Below are positions 40,001 to 55,000 of a stretch of 64,000 nucleotides of DNA, piece by piece (within the stretch, counting starts at the first letter, position 1; every line of letters starts with the position of its first letter). The DNA is from Eledone cirrhosa (taxonomy: Eukaryota). The stretch covers positions 4,712,001-4,776,000 of the forward strand of contig OZ024745.1 in NCBI GenBank assembly GCA_964016885.1, in the 5' to 3' direction. The notes under the pieces are model-generated. The model was given only the letters and a program-made list of their open reading frames with translations. It made no database searches and was not told the DNA's origin. The position numbers were made by a program, and so were the translations under genes.

Positions 40001-43000
40001 TACCCTAGTAGTGTACAGTTGAGAGTCTTCAGTACCCTAGTAGTGTACAACTGTCTTCAGTACCCTAGTAGTGTACAGTTGAGCGTCTTCAGTACCCTAG
40101 TAGTGTACAACTGTCTTCAGTACCCTAGTAGTGTACAACTGTCTTCAGTACCCTAGTAGTGTACAACTGTCTTCAGTACCCTAGTAGTGTACAGTTGAGA
40201 GTCTTCAGTACCCTAGTAGTGTACAGTTGAGTGTCTTCAGTACCCTAGTAGTGTACAGTTGAGAGTCTTCAGTACCCTAGTAGTGTACAACTGTCTTCAG
40301 TACCCTAGTAGTGTACAACTGTCTTCAGTACCCTAGTAGTGTACAACTGTCTTCAGTACCCTAGTAGTGTACAGTTGAGTGTCTTCAGTACCCTAGTAGT
40401 GTACAGTTGAGAGTCTTCAGTACCCTAGTAGTGTACAACTGTCTTCAGTATCCTAGTAGTGTACAGTTGAGAGTCTTCAGTACCCTAGTAGTGTACAACT
40501 GTCTTTAGTACCCGAGTAGTGTACAGTTGAGTGTCTTCAGTACCCTAGTAGTGTACAGTTGAGAGTCTTCAGTACCCTAGTAGTGTACAACTGTCTTCAG
40601 TACCCTAGTAGTGTACAGTTGAGTGTCTTCAGTACCCTAGTAGTGTACAGTTGAGTGTCTTCAGTACCCTAGTAGTGTACAGTTGAGTGTCTTCAGTACC
40701 CTAGTAGTGTACAGTTGAGAGTCTTCAGTATCCTAATAGTGTACAACTGTCTTCAGTACCCTAGTAGTGTACAGTTGAGTGTCTTCAGTACCCTAGTAGT
40801 GTACAGTTGAGAGTCTTCAGTACCCTAGTAGTGTACAACTGTCTTTAGTACCCTAGTAGTGTACAGTTGAGTGTCTTCAGTACCCTAGTAGTGTACAGTT
40901 GAGTGTCTTCAGTACCCTAGTAGTGTACAGTTGAGTGTCTTCAGTACCCTAGTAGTGTACAGTTGAGAGTCTTCAGTATCCTAATAGTGTACAACTGTCT
41001 TCAGTACCCTAGTAGTGTACAGTTGAGTGTCTTCAGAACCCTAGTAGTGTACAGTTGAGAGTCTTCAGTACCCTAGTAGTGTACAACTGTCTTCAGTATC
41101 CTAGTAGTGTACAGTTGAGAGTCTTCAGTACCCTAGTAGTGTACAACTGTCTTTAGTACCCTAGTAGTGTACAGTTGAGTGTCTTCAGTACCCTAGTAGT
41201 GTACAGTTGAGAGTCTTCAGTACCCTAGTAGTGTACAACTGTCTTCAGTACCCTAGTAGTGTACAGTTGAGTGTCTTCAGTACCCTAGTAGTGTACAGTT
41301 GAGTGTCTTCAGTACCCTAGTAGTGTACAGTTGAGTGTCTTCAGTACCCTAGTAGTGTACAGTTGAGAGTCTTCAGTATCCTAATAGTGTACAACTGTCT
41401 TCAGTACCCTAGTAGTGTACAGTTGAGTGTCTTCAGTACCCTAGTAGTGTACAGTTGAGAGTCTTCAGTACCCTAGTAGTGTACAACTGTCTTCAGTACC
41501 CTAGTAGTGTACAGTTGAGTGTCTTCAGTACCCTAGTAGTGTACAGTTGAGTGTCTTCAGTACCCTAGTAGTGTACAGTTGAGTGTCTTCAGTACCCTAG
41601 TAGTGTACAGTTGAGAGTCTTCAGTATCCTAATAGTGTACAACTGTCTTCAGTACCCTAGTAGTGTACAGTTGAGTGTCTTCAGTACCCTAGTAGTGTAC
41701 AGTTGAGAGTCTTCAGTACCCTAGTAGTGTACAACTGTCTTCAGTACCCTAGTAGTGTACAGTTGAGTGTCTTCAGTACCCTAGTAGTGTACAGTTGAGT
41801 GTCTTCAGTACCCTAGTAGTGTACAGTTGAGTGTCTTCAGTACCCTAGTAGTGTACAGTTGAGAGTCTTCAGTATCCTAATAGTGTACAACTGTCTTCAG
41901 TACCCTAGTAGTGTACAGTTGAGTGTCTTCAGTACCCTAGTAGTGTACAGTTGAGTGTCTTCAGTACCCTAGTAGTGTACAGTTGAGTGTCTTCAGTACC
42001 CTAGTAGTGTACAGTTGAGAGTCTTCAGTATCCTAATAGTGTACAACTGTCTTCAGTACCCTAGTAGTGTACAGTTGAGTGTCTTCAGTACCCTAGTAGT
42101 GTACAGTTGAGAGTCTTCAGTACCCTAGTAGTGTACAACTGTCTTCAGTACCCTAGTAGTGTACAACTGTCTTCAGTACCCTAGTAGTGTACAGTTGAGA
42201 GTCTTCAGTATCCTAATAGTGTACAACTGTCTTCAGTACCCTAGTAGTGTACAGTTGAGTGTCTTCAGTACCCTAGTAGTGTACAGTTGAGAGTCTTCAG
42301 TACCCTAGTAGTGTACAACTGTCTTCAGTACCCTAGTAGTGTACAACTGTCTTCAGTACCCTAGTAGTGTACGGTAAGGTGTCTTCAGTACCCTAGTAGT
42401 GTACAGCTGTCTTCAGTACCCTAGTAGTGTACAGTTGAGTGTCTTCAATACCGTAGTAGCGTACAACTGTCTTCAGTACCCTAGTAGTGTACGGTAAGGT
42501 GTCTTCAGTACCCTAGTAGTGTACAGTTAGGTATCTTCAGTACCCTAGTAGTGTACGGTAAGGTGTCTTCAGTACCCTAGTAGTGTACAGTTGAGTGTCT
42601 TCAGTACCCTAGTATTGTACAGTAGAGAGTCTTCAGTACCCTAGTAGTGTACAGTTAGGTGTCTTCAGTACCCTAGAAGTGTACAGTTGAGATTCTTCAG
42701 TACCCTAGTAGTGTACAACTGTCTTCAGTACCCTAGTAGTGTACAGTTGAGAGTATTCAGTACCCTAGTAGTGTACAGTTGAGAGTCTTCAGTACCCTAG
42801 TAGGGTACAGTTGAGAGTCTTCAGTACCCTAGTAGTGTACAACTGTCTTCAGTACCTTAGTAGTGTACAACTGTCTTCAGTACCCTAGTAGTGTACAGTT
42901 GAGAGTTTTCAGTACCCTAGTAGTGTACAGTTGAGAGTCTTCAGTACCCTAGTAGGGTACAGTTGAGTGACTTCACTACCCCAGTAGTGTACAACTGTCT

Positions 43001-46000
43001 TCAGTACCCCAGTAGTGTACAACTGTCTTCAGTACCCTAGTAGTGTACAGTTGAGAGTCTTCAGTACCCTAGTAGTGTACAGTTGAGAGTCTTCAGTACC
43101 CTAGTAGGGTACAGTTGAGAGTCTTCAGTACCCTAGTAGTGTACAACTGTCTTCAGTACCCTAGTAGTGTACAGTTGAGAGTCTTCAGTACCCTAGTAGT
43201 GTACAACTGTCTTCAGTACCCTAGTAGTGTACAGTTGAGTGTCTTCAGTACACTAGTAGTGTACAGTTGAGTGTCTTCAGTACCCTAGTAGTGTACAACT
43301 GTCTTCAGTACCCTAGTAGTGTACAACTGTCTTCAGTATCCTAGTAGTGTACAGTTGAGAGTCTTCAGTACCATAGTAGTGTACAATTGTCTTCAGTAAC
43401 CTAGTAGTGTACAGTTGAGAGTTTTCAGTACCCTAGTAGTGTACAACTGTCTTCAGTACCCTAGTAGTGTACAGTTGAGAGTCTTCAGTAGCTTAGTAGT
43501 GTAGAACTGTCTGCAGTACCCTAGTAGTGTACAGTTGAGAGTCTTCAGTACCCTAGTAGTGTACAGTTGAGAGTCTTCAGTACCCTAGTAGTGTACAGTT
43601 GAGAGTCTTCAGTACCCTAGTAGTGTACAACTGTGTTCAGTACCCTAGAAGTGTACAGTTAGGTGTCTTCAGTACCGTAGTAGTGTACAGTTAGGTGTCT
43701 TCAGTACCCTAGTAGTGTACAGTTGAGATTCTTCAGTACCCTAGTAGTGTACAACTGTCTTCAGTACCCTAGTATTGTACAGTTGAGTGTCTTCAGTACC
43801 CCAGTAGTGTACAACTGTCTTTAGTACCCCAGTAGTGTACAACTGTATTCAGTACCCTAGTAGTGTACAGTTGAGAGTCTTCAGTACCCTAGTAGTGTAC
43901 AACTGTCTTCAGTACCCTAGTAGTGTACAGTTGAGAGTATTCAGTACCCTGGTAGTGTACAACTGTCTTCAGTACCCTAGTAGTGGACAACTGTCTTCAC
44001 TAACCCAGTAGTGTACAACTGTCTTCAGTACCCTAGTAGTGTACAGTTGAGTGTCTTCAGTACTCTAGTAGTGTACAACTGTCTTCAGTACGCTAGTAGT
44101 GTACAGTTGAGAGTCTTCAGTACCCTAGTAGTGTACAACTGTCTTCAGTACCCTAGTACTGTACAGTTAGGTGTCTTCAGTACCCTAGTAGTGTACAGTT
44201 GAGAGTCTTCAGTACCCTAGTAGTGTACAACGTTTTTCACTACCCTAGTAGCGTACAGTTGAGTGTCTTCAGTACCCTAGTAGTGTACAACTGTCTTCAG
44301 TACCCTAGTAGTGAACAGTTGAGTGTCTTCAGTACCCTAGTAGTGTACAACTGTCTTCAGTAGCCTAGTAGTGTTCAGTTAGGTGTCTTCAGTACCCTAG
44401 TAGTGTACAACTGTCTTCAGTACCCTAGTAGTGTACAGTTGAGTGTCTTTAGTACCCTAGTAGTGTACAGTTGAGTGTCTTTAGTACCCTAGTAGTGTAC
44501 AGTTGAGTGTCTTCAGTACCCTAGTAGTGTACAGTTGAGTGTCTTCAGTACCCTAGTAGTGTACAGTTGAGTGTCTTCAGTACCCTAGTAGTGTACAGTT
44601 GAGTATCTTCAGTACCCTAGTAGTGTACAACTGGCTTCAGTACCCTAGTAGTGTACAACTGTCTTCAGTACCCTAGTAGTTTGCAGTTGAGAGTCTTCAG
44701 TACCCTAGTAGTGTACAGTTGAGAGTCTTCAGTACCGTAGTAGTGTACAACTGTCGTCAGTACCCTAGTAGTGTACAACTGTCTTCAGTACCCTAGTAGT
44801 GTACAGTTGAGAGTCTTCAGTACCCTAGTAGTGTACAACTGTCTTCAGTACCCTAGTAGTGTACAGTTGAGTCTTCAGTACCCTAGTAGTGTACAGTTGA
44901 GAGTCTTCAGTACCCTAGTAGTGTACAACTGTCTTCAGTACCCAAGTAGTGTACAGTTGAGAGTCTTCAGTACCCTAGTCGTGTACAGGTGAGAGTCTTC
45001 AGTACCCTAGTAGTGTACAGTTGAGTGTCTTCAGTACCCTAGTAGTGTACAGTTGAGTGTCTTCAGTACCCTAGTATTGTACAGTAGAGAGTCTTCAGTA
45101 CCCTAGTAGTGTACAACTGTCTTCAGTACCCTAGTAGTGTACAGTTGAGAGTCTTCAGTACCTTAGTAGTGTACAACTGTCTGCAGTACCCTAGTAGTGT
45201 ACAACTGTCTTCAGTTCCCTAGTAGTGTACAGTTGAGAGTCTTCAGTACCCTAGTAGTGTACAACTGTCTTCAGTACCCTAGTAGTGTACAGTTAGGTGT
45301 CTTCAGTACCTTAGTAGTGTAAAGTTGAGAGTCTTCAGTACCCTAGTAGTGTACAGTTGAGTGTCTTCAGTACCCTAGTAGTGTACAGTTAGGTGTCTTC
45401 AGTACCCTAGTAGTGTACAGTTAGGTGTCTTCAGTACCCTAGTAGTGTACAGTTAGGTGTCTTCAGTACCCTAGTAGTGTACAACTGTCTTCAGTATCCT
45501 AGTAGTGTACAACTGTCTTCAGTACCCTAGTAGTGTACAACTGTCTTCAGTACCCTAGTAGTGTACAGTTAGGTGTCTTCAGTAACCTAGTAGTGTACAG
45601 TTGAGAGTCTTCAGTACGCTAGTAGTGTACAACTGTCTTCAGTACCCTAGTAGTGTACAGTTGAGAGTCTTCAGTACCCTAGTAGTGTACAGTTGAGAGT
45701 CTTCAGTACCTTAGTAGTGTACAACTGTCTTCAGTACCCTAGTAGCGTACAGTTGAGAGTCTTCAGTACCCTAGTAGTGTACAGTTGAGAGTCTTCAGTA
45801 CCCTAGTAGTGTACAGTTGAGAGTCTTCAGTACCCTAGTAGTATACAACTGTCTTCAGTACCCTAGTAGTGTACAGTTGAGAGTCTTCAGTACCCTAGTC
45901 GTGTACAGTTGAGAGTCTTCAGTACCCTAGTAGTGTACAGTTGAGTGTCTTCAGTACCCTAGTAGTGTACAGTTGAATGTCTTCAGTACCCTAGTATTGT

Positions 46001-49000
46001 ACAGTAGAGAGTCTTCAGTACCCTAGTAGTGTACAACTGTCTTCAGTACCCTAGTAGCGTACAGTTGAGAGTCTTCAGTACCCTAGTAGTGTACAGTTGA
46101 GAGTCTTCAGTACCCTAGTAGTGTACAACTGTCTTCAGTACCCTAGTAGTGTACAGTTGAGAGTCTTCAGTATCTTAGTAGTGTACAACTGTCTTCAGTA
46201 CCCTAGTAGTGTACAGTTGAGAGTCTTCAGTACCCTACTAGTGTACAACTGTCTTCAGTACCCTAGTAGTGTACAGTTAGGTGTCTTCAGTATCCTAGTA
46301 GTGTACAGTTGAGAGTCTTCAGTACCCTAGTAGTGTACAGTTGAGTGTCTTCAGTACCCTAGTAGTGTACAGTTAGGTGTCTTCAGTACCCTAGTAGTGT
46401 ACAGTTAGGTGTCTTCAGTACCCTAGTAGTGTACAGTTAGGTGTCTTCAGTACCCTAGTAGTGTACAGTTGAGTCTCCAGTACCCTAGTAGTGTACAACT
46501 GTCTTCAGTACCCTAGTAGTGTACAACTGACTGTCTTCAGTACCCTAGTAGTGTACAGTTGAGTGTCTTCAGTACCCTAGTAGTGTACAACTGTCTTCAG
46601 TACCCTAGTAGTGTACAGTTGAGTGTCTTCAGTACCCTAGTAGTGTACAGTTGAGAGTCTTCAGTACCTTAGTAGTGTACAACTGTCTTCAGTACCCTAG
46701 TAGTGTACAGTTGAGAGTCTTCAGTACCCTAGTAGTGTACAGTTGAGAGTCTTCAGTACCCTAGTAGTGTACAACTGTCTTCAATACCCTAGTAGTGTAC
46801 AGTTGAGAGTCTTCAGTACCCTAGTAGTGTACAACTGTCTTCAGTACCCTAGTAGTGTACAGTTAGTTGTCTTCAGTACCCTATCTAGTGTACAGTTGAG
46901 AGTCTTCAGTACCCTAGTAGTGTACAACTGTCTTCAGTACCCTAGTAGTGTACAACTGACTGTTTTCAGTACCCTAGTAGTGTACAGTTAGGTGTCTTCA
47001 GTACCCTAGTAGTGTACAGTTGAGTATCTTCAGTACCCTAGTAGTGTACAACTGGCTTCAGTACCCTAGTAGTGTACAACTGTCTTCAGTACCCTAGTAG
47101 TGTACAGTTAGGTGTCTTCAGTACCCTAGTAGTGTACAGTTGAGAGTCTTCAGTACCCTAGTAGTGTACAGTTGAGTGTCTTCAGTACCCTAGTAGTGTA
47201 CAGTTAGGTTCTTCAGTACCCTAGTAGTGTACAGTTAGGTGTCTTCAGTACCCTAGTAGTGTACAGTTAGGTGTCTTCAGTACCCTAGTAGTGTACAGTT
47301 GAGTCTTCAGTACCCTAGTAGTGTACAACTGTCTTCAGTACCCTAGTAGTGTACAACTGACTGTCTTCAGTACCCTAGTAGTTTACAGTTAGGTGTCTTC
47401 AGTACCCTAGTAGTGTACAGTTTAGTGTCTTCAGTACCCTAGTAGTGTACAACTGTCTTCAGTACCCTAGTAGTGTACAGTTGAGTGTCTTCAGTACCCT
47501 AGTAGTGTACAGTTGAGTGTCTTCAGTACCCTAGTAGTGTACAGTTGAGAGTCTTCAGTACCCTAGTAGTGTACAATTGTCTTCAGTACCCTAGTAGTGT
47601 ACAGTTGAGTGTCTTCAGTACCCTAGTAGTGTACAACTGTCTTCAGTACTCTAGTAGTGTACAGTTGAGAGTTTTCAGTACCTTAGTAGTGTACAGCTGT
47701 CTTCAGTACCCTAGTAGTGTACAGTTGAGAGTATTCAGTACCCTAGTAGTGTACAGTTGAGAGTCTTCAGTACCCTAGTAGTGTACAACTGTCTTCAGTA
47801 CCCTAGTAGTGTACAGTTAGGTGTCTTCAGTACCCTAGTAGTGTACAGTTGAGAGTCTTCAGTACCCTAGTAGTGTACAACTGTCTTCAATACCCTAGTA
47901 GTGTACAGTTGAGAGTCTTCAGTACCCTAGTAGTGTACAACTGTCTTCAGTACCCTAGTAGTGTACAGTTAGTTGTCTTCAGTACCCTATCTAGTGTACA
48001 GTTGAGAGTCTTCAGTACCCTAGTAGTGTACAACTGACTGTCTTCAGTACCCTAGTAGTGTACAGTTAAGTGTCTTCAGTACCCTAGTAGTGTACAGTTG
48101 AGTATCTTCAGTACCCTAGTAGTGTACAACTGGCTTCAGTACTCTAGTAGTGTACAACTGTCTTCAGTACCCTAGTAGTGTACAGTTGACAGTCTTCAGT
48201 ACCCTAGCAGTGTACAACTGTCTTAGTACCCTAGTAGTGTACAGTTGAGTGTCTTTAGTACCCTAGTAGTGTACAGTTGAGTGTCTTCAGTACCCTAGTA
48301 GTGTACAGTTGAGTGTCTTCAGTACCCTAGTAGTGTACAACTGGCTTCAGTACCCTAGTAGTGTACAACTGTCTTCAGTACCCTAGTAGTGTGCAGTTGA
48401 GAGTCTTCAGTACCCTAGTAGTGTACAACTGTCTTCAGTACCCTAGTAGTGTGCAACTGTCTTCAGTACCCTAGTAGTGTACAACTGTCTTCAGTACCCT
48501 AGTAGTGTACGGTAAGGTGTCTTCAGTACCCTAGTAGTGTACAGTTGAGAGTCTTCAGTACCCTAGTAGTGTACAACTGTCTGCAGTACCCTAGTAGTGT
48601 ACAGTTAGGTGTCTTCAGTACCCTAGTAGTGTACAGTTGAGTCTCCAGTACCCTAGTAATGTACAACTGTCTTCAGTACCCTAGTAGTGTACAACTGACT
48701 GTCTTCAGTACCCTAGTAGTGTACAGTTGAGTGTCTTCAGTACCCTAGTAGTGTACAACTGTCTTCAGTACCCTAGTAGTGTACAGTTGAGTGTCTTCAG
48801 TACCCTAGTAGTGTACAGTTGAGAGTCTTCAGTACCTTAGCAGTGTACAACTGTCTTCAGTACCCTAGTAGTGTACAGTTGAGAGTCTTCAGTACCCTAG
48901 TAGTGTACAGTTGAGAGTCTTCAGTACCCTAGTAGTGTACAACTGTCTTCAATACCCTAGTAGTGTACAGTTGAGAGTCTTCAGTACCCTAGTAGTGTAC

Positions 49001-52000
49001 AACTGTCTTCAGTACCCTAGTAGTGTACGGTAAGGTGTCTTCAGTACCCTAGTAGTGTACAGTTGAGTATCTTCAGTACCCTAGTAGTGTACAACTGGCT
49101 TCAGTACCCTAGTAGTGTACAACTGTCTTCAGTACCCTAGTAGTGTACAGTTAGGTGTCTTCAGTACCCTAGTAGTGTACAGTTGAGAGTCTTCAGTACC
49201 CTAGTAGTGTACAGTTGAGTGTCTTCAGTACCCTAGTAGTGTACAGTTAGGTTCTTCAGTACCCTAGTAGTGTACAGGTAGGTGTCTTCAGTACCCTAGT
49301 AGTGTACAGTTAGGTGTCTTCAGTACCCTAGTAGTGTACAGTTGAGTCTTCAGTACCCTAGTAGTGTACAACTGTCTTCAGTACCCTAGTAGTGTACAAC
49401 TGACTGTCTTCAGTACCCTAGTAGTTTACAGTTAGGTGTCTTCAGTACCCTAGTAGTGTACAGTTGAGTGTCTTCAGTACCCTAGTAGTGTACAACTGTC
49501 TTCAGTACCCTAGTAGTGTACAGTTGAGTGTCTTCAGTACCCTAGTAGTGTACAGTTGAGAGTCTTCAGTACCCTAGTAGTGTACAATTGTCTTCAGTAC
49601 CCTAGTAGTGTACAGTTGAGTGTCTTCAGTACCCTAGTAGTGTACAACTGTCTTCAGTACTCTAGTAGTGTACAGTTGAGAGTTTTCAGTACCTTAGTAG
49701 TGTACAGCTGTCTTCAGTACCCTAGTAGTGTACAGTTGAGAGTCTTCAGTACCCTAGTAGTGAACAGTTGAGAGTCTTCAGTACCCTAGTAGTGTACAAC
49801 TGTCTTCAGTACCCAAGTAGTGTACAGTTGAGTCTTCAGTACCCTAGTAGTGTACAGTTGAGTGTCTTCAGTACCCCAGTAGTGTACAACTGTCTTCAGT
49901 ACCCTAGTAGTGTACAGTTGAGAGTCTTCAGTACCCTAGTAGTGTACAATTGTCTTCAGTACCCTAGTAGTGTACAGTTGAGTGTCTTCAGTACCCTAGT
50001 AGTGTACAACTGTCTTCAGTACTCTAGTAGTGTACAGTTGAGAGTTTTCAGTACCTTAGTAGTGTACAGCTGTCTTCAGTACCCTAGTAGTGTACAGTTG
50101 AGAGTCTTCAGTACCCTAGTAGTGTACAGTTGAGAGTCTTCAGTACCCTAGTAGTGTACAACTGTCTTCAGTACCCAAGTAGTGTACAGTTGAGTCTTCA
50201 GTACCCTAGTAGTGTACAGTTGAGTGTCTTCAGTACCCCAGTAGTGTACAACTGTCTTCAGTACCCTAGTAGTGTACAGTTGAGTGTCTTCAGTACCCTA
50301 GTAGTGTACAACTGTCTTCAGTAGCCTAGTAGTGTACAACTGTCTGCAGTACCCTAGTAGTGTACAGTTGAGAATCTTCAGTACCCTAGTAGTGTACAAC
50401 TGTCTTCAGTACCCTAGTAGTGTACAACTGTCTTCAGTACCCTAGTAGTGTACAACTGTCTTCAGTACCCTAGTAGTGTACGGTAAGGTGTCTTCAGTAC
50501 CCTAGTAGTGTACAGTTGAGAGTCTTCAGTACCCTAGTAGTGTACAACTGTCTGCAGTACCCTAGTAGTGTACAGTTGAGAGTCTTCAGTACCCTAGTAG
50601 TGTACAACTGTCTTCAGTACCCTAGTAGTGTACAACTGTCTTCAGTACTCTAGTAGTGTACAGTTGAGAGTTTTCAGTACCTTAGTAGTGTACATCTGTC
50701 TTCAGTACCCTAGTAGTGTACAGTTGAGAGTCTTCAGTACCCTAGTAGTGTACAGTTGAGAGTCTTCAGTACCCTAGTAGTGTACAACTGTCTTCAGTAC
50801 CCAAGTAGTGTACAGTTGAGTCTTCAGTACCCTAGTAGTGTACAGTTGAGTGTCTTCAGTACCCCAGTAGTGTACAACTGTCTTCAGTACCCTAGTAGTG
50901 TACAGTTGAGTGTCTTCAGTACCCTAGTAGTGTACAACTGTCTTCAGTAGCCTAGTAGTGTACAACTGTCTGCAGTACCCTAGTAGTGTACAGTTGAGAA
51001 TCTTCAGTACCCTAGTAGTGTACAACTGTCTTCAGTACCCTAGTAGTGTACAACTGTCTTCAGTACCCTAGTAGTGTACAACTGTCTTCAGTACCCTAGT
51101 AGTGTACGGTAAGGTGTCTTCAGTACCCTAGTAGTGTACAGTTGAGAGTCTTCAGTACCCTAGTAGTGTACAACTGTCTGCAGTACCCTAGTAGTGTACA
51201 GTTGAGAGTCTTCAGTACCCTAGTAGTGTACAACTGTCTTCAGTACCCTAGTAGTGTACAACTGTCTTCAGTACCCTAGTAGTGTACAGTTAAGAGTCTT
51301 CAGTACCTTAGTAGTGTACAACTGTCTGCAGTACCCTAGTAGTGTACAGTTGAGAATCTTCAGTACCCTAGTAGTGTACAACTGTCTTCAGTACCCTAGT
51401 AGTGTACAACTGTCTTCAGTACCCTAGTAGTGTACAACTGTCTTCAGTACCCTAGTAGTGTACGGTAAGGTGTCTTCAGTACCCTAGTAGTGTACAGTTG
51501 AGAGTCTTCAGTACCCTAGTAGTGTACAACTGTCTGCAGTACCCTAGTAGTGTACAGTTGAGAGTCTTCAGTACCCTAGTAGTGTACAACTGTCTTCAGT
51601 ACCCTAGTAGTGTACAACTGTCTTCAGTACCCTAGTAGTGTACAACTGTCTTCAGTACCCTAGTAGTGTACAGTTGAGTGTCTTCAGTACCCTAGTAGTG
51701 TACAGTTGAGAGTCTTCAGTACCCTAGTAGTGTACAACTGTTTTCAGTATCCTAGTAGTGTACAGTTGAGAGTCTTCAGTACCCTAGTAGTGTACAACTG
51801 TCTTTAGTACCCTAGTAGTGTACAGTTGAGTGTCTTCAGTACCCTAGTAGTGTACAGTTGAGAGTCTTCAGTACCCTAGTAGTGTACAACTGTCTTCAGT
51901 ACCCTAGTAGTGTACAGTTGAGTGTCTTCAGTACCCTAGTAGTGTACAGTTGAGTGTCTTCAGTACCCTAGTAGTGTACAGTTGAGAGTCTTCAGTATCC

Positions 52001-55000
52001 TAATAGTGTACAACTGTCTTCAGTACCCTAGTAGTGTACAGTTGAGTGTCTTCAGTACCCTAGTAGTGTACAGTTGAGTGTCTTCAATACCCTAGTAGCG
52101 TACAACTGTCTTCAGTACCCTAGTAGTGTACAACTGTCTTCAGTACCCTAGTAGTGTACAACTGTCTTCAGTACCCTAGTAGTGTACAGTTAGGTATCTT
52201 CAGTACCCTAGTAGTGTACTGTAAGGTGTCTTCAGTACCCTAGTAGTGTACAGTTAGGTGTCTTCAGTAACCTAGTAGTGTACAGTTGACAGTCTTCAGT
52301 ACCCTAGTAGTGTACAAATGTCTTCAGTACCCTAGTAGTGTACAGTTGAGAGTCTTCAGTACCCTAGTAGTGTACAGTTGAGTGTCTTCAGTACCCTAGT
52401 AGTGTACAACTGTCTTCAGTACCCTAGTAGTGTGCAGTTAGGTGACTTCAGTACCCTAGTAGTGTACAGTTAGGTGTCTTCAGTACCCTAGAAGTGTACA
52501 GTTGAGATTCTTCCGTACCCTAGTAGTGTACAACTGTCTTCAGTACCCTAGTAGTGTACAGTTGAGTGACTTCACTACCCCAGTAGAGTAAAACTGTCTT
52601 CAGTACCCCAGTAGTGTACAACTGTCTTCAGTACCCTAGTAGTGTACAGTTGAGAGTCTTCAGTACCCTAGTAGGGTACAGTTGAGAGTCTTCAGTACCC
52701 TAGTAGTGTACAACTGTCTTCAGTACCTTAGTAGTGTACAACTGTCTTCAGTACCCTAGTAGTGTACAGTTGAGAGTTTTCAGTACCCTAGTAGTGTACA
52801 ACTGTCTTCAGTACCCTAGTAGTGTACAGTTGAGAGTCTTCAGTACCCTAGTAGTGTACAACTGTCTTCAGTACCCTAGTAGTGTACAGTTGAGTGTCTT
52901 CAGTACACTAGTAGTGTACAGTTGAGTGTCTTCAGTACCCTAGTAGTGTACAACTGTCTTCAGTACCCTAGTAGTGTACAACTGTCTTCAGTATCCTAGT
53001 AGTGTACAGTTGAGAGTCTTCAGTACCATAGTAGTGTACAACTGTCTTCAGTAACCTAGTAGTGTACAGTTGAGAGTTTTCAGTACCCTAGTAGTGTACA
53101 ACTGTCTTCAGTACCCTAGTAGTGTACAGTTGAGAGTCTTCAGTAGCTTAGTAGTGTAGAACTGTCTGCAGTACCCTAGTAGTGTACAGTTGAGAGTCTT
53201 CAGTACCCTAGTAGTGTACAGTTGAGAGTCTTCAGTACCCTAGTAGTGTACAGTTGAGAGTCTTCAGTACCCTAGTAGTGTACAACTGTGTTCAGTACCC
53301 TAGAAGTGTACAGTTAGGTGTCTTCAGTACCGTAGTAGTGTACAGTTAGGTGTCTTCAGTACCCTAGTAGTGTACAGTTGAGATTCTTCAGTACCCTAGT
53401 AGTGTACAACTGTCTTCAGTACCCTAGTAGTGTACAGTTGAGTGTCTTCAGTACTCTAGTAGTGTACAACTGTCTTCAGTACGCTAGTAGTGTACAGTTG
53501 AGAGTCTTCAGTACCCTAGTAGTGTACAACTGTCTTCAGTACCCTAGTACTGTACAGTTAGGTGTCTTCAGTAACCTAGTAGTGTACAGTTGAGATTCCT
53601 TAGCACCCTAGTAGTGTACAACGTTTTTCACTACCCTAGTAGCGTACAGTTGAGTGTCTTCAGTACCCTAGTAGTGTACAACTGTCTTCAGTACCCTAGT
53701 AGTGAACAGTTGAGTGTCTTCAGTACCCTAGTAGTGTACAACTGTCTTCAGTAGCCTAGTAGTGTACAACTGTCTTTAGTACCCTAGTAGTGTTCAGTTA
53801 GGTGTCTTCAGTACCCTAGTAGTGTTCAGTTAGGTGTCTTCAGTACCCTAGTAGTGTACAGTTGAGTGTCTTCAGTACCCTAGTAGTGTACAGTTGAGTG
53901 TCTTCAGTACCCTAGTAGTGTACAGTTGAGTGTCTTCAGTACCCTAGTAGTGTACAGTTGAGTGTCTTCAGTACCCTAGTAGTGTACAGTTGAGTGTCTT
54001 CAGTACCCTAGTAGTGTACAGTTAGGTGTCTTCAGTAACCTAGTAGTGTACAGTTGACAGTCTTCAGTACCCTAGTAGTGTACAAATGTCTTCAGTACCC
54101 TAGTAGTGTACAGTTGAGAGTCTTCAGTACCCTAGTAGTGTACAGTTGAGTGTCTTCAGTACCCTAGTAGTGTACAACTGTCTTCAGTACCCTAGTAGTG
54201 TGCAGTTAGGTGACTTCAGTACCCTAGTAGTGTACAGTTAGGTATCTTCAGTACCCTAGAAGTGTACAGTTGAGATTCTTCAGTACCCTAGTAGTGTACA
54301 ACTGTCTTCAGTACCCTAGTAGTGTACAGTTGAGTGACTTCACTACCCCAGTAGTGTACAACTGTCTTCAGTACCCTAGTAGTGTACAGTTGAGAGTCTT
54401 CAGTACCCTAGTAGGGTACAGTTGAGAGTCTTCAGTACCCTAGTAGTGTACAACTGTCTTCAGTACCTTAGTAGTGTACAACTGTCTTCAGTACCCTAGT
54501 AGTGTACAGTTGAGAGTTTTCAGTACCCTAGTAGTGTACAACTGTCTTCAGTACCCTAGTAGTGTACAGTTGAGAGTCTTCAGTACCCTAGTAGTGTACA
54601 ACTGTCTTCAGTACCCTAGTAGTGTACAGTTGAGTGTCTTCAGTACACTAGTAGTGTACAGTTGAGTGTCTTCAGTACCCTAGTAGTGTACAACTGTCTT
54701 CAGTACCCTAGTAGTGTACAACTGTCTTCAGTATCCTAGTAGTGTACAGTTGAGAGTTTTCAGTACCCTAGTAGTGTACAACTGTCTTCAGTACCCTAGT
54801 AGTGTACAGTTGAGAGTCTTCAGTAGCTTAGTAGTGTAGAACTGTCTGCAGTACCCTAGTAGTGTACAACTGTGTTCAGTACCCTAGAAGTGTACAGTTA
54901 GGTGTCTTCAGTACCCTAGTAGTGTACAGTTGAGATTCTTCAGTACCCTAGTAGTGTACAACTGTCTTCAGTACCCTAGTATTGTACAGTTGAGTGTCTT

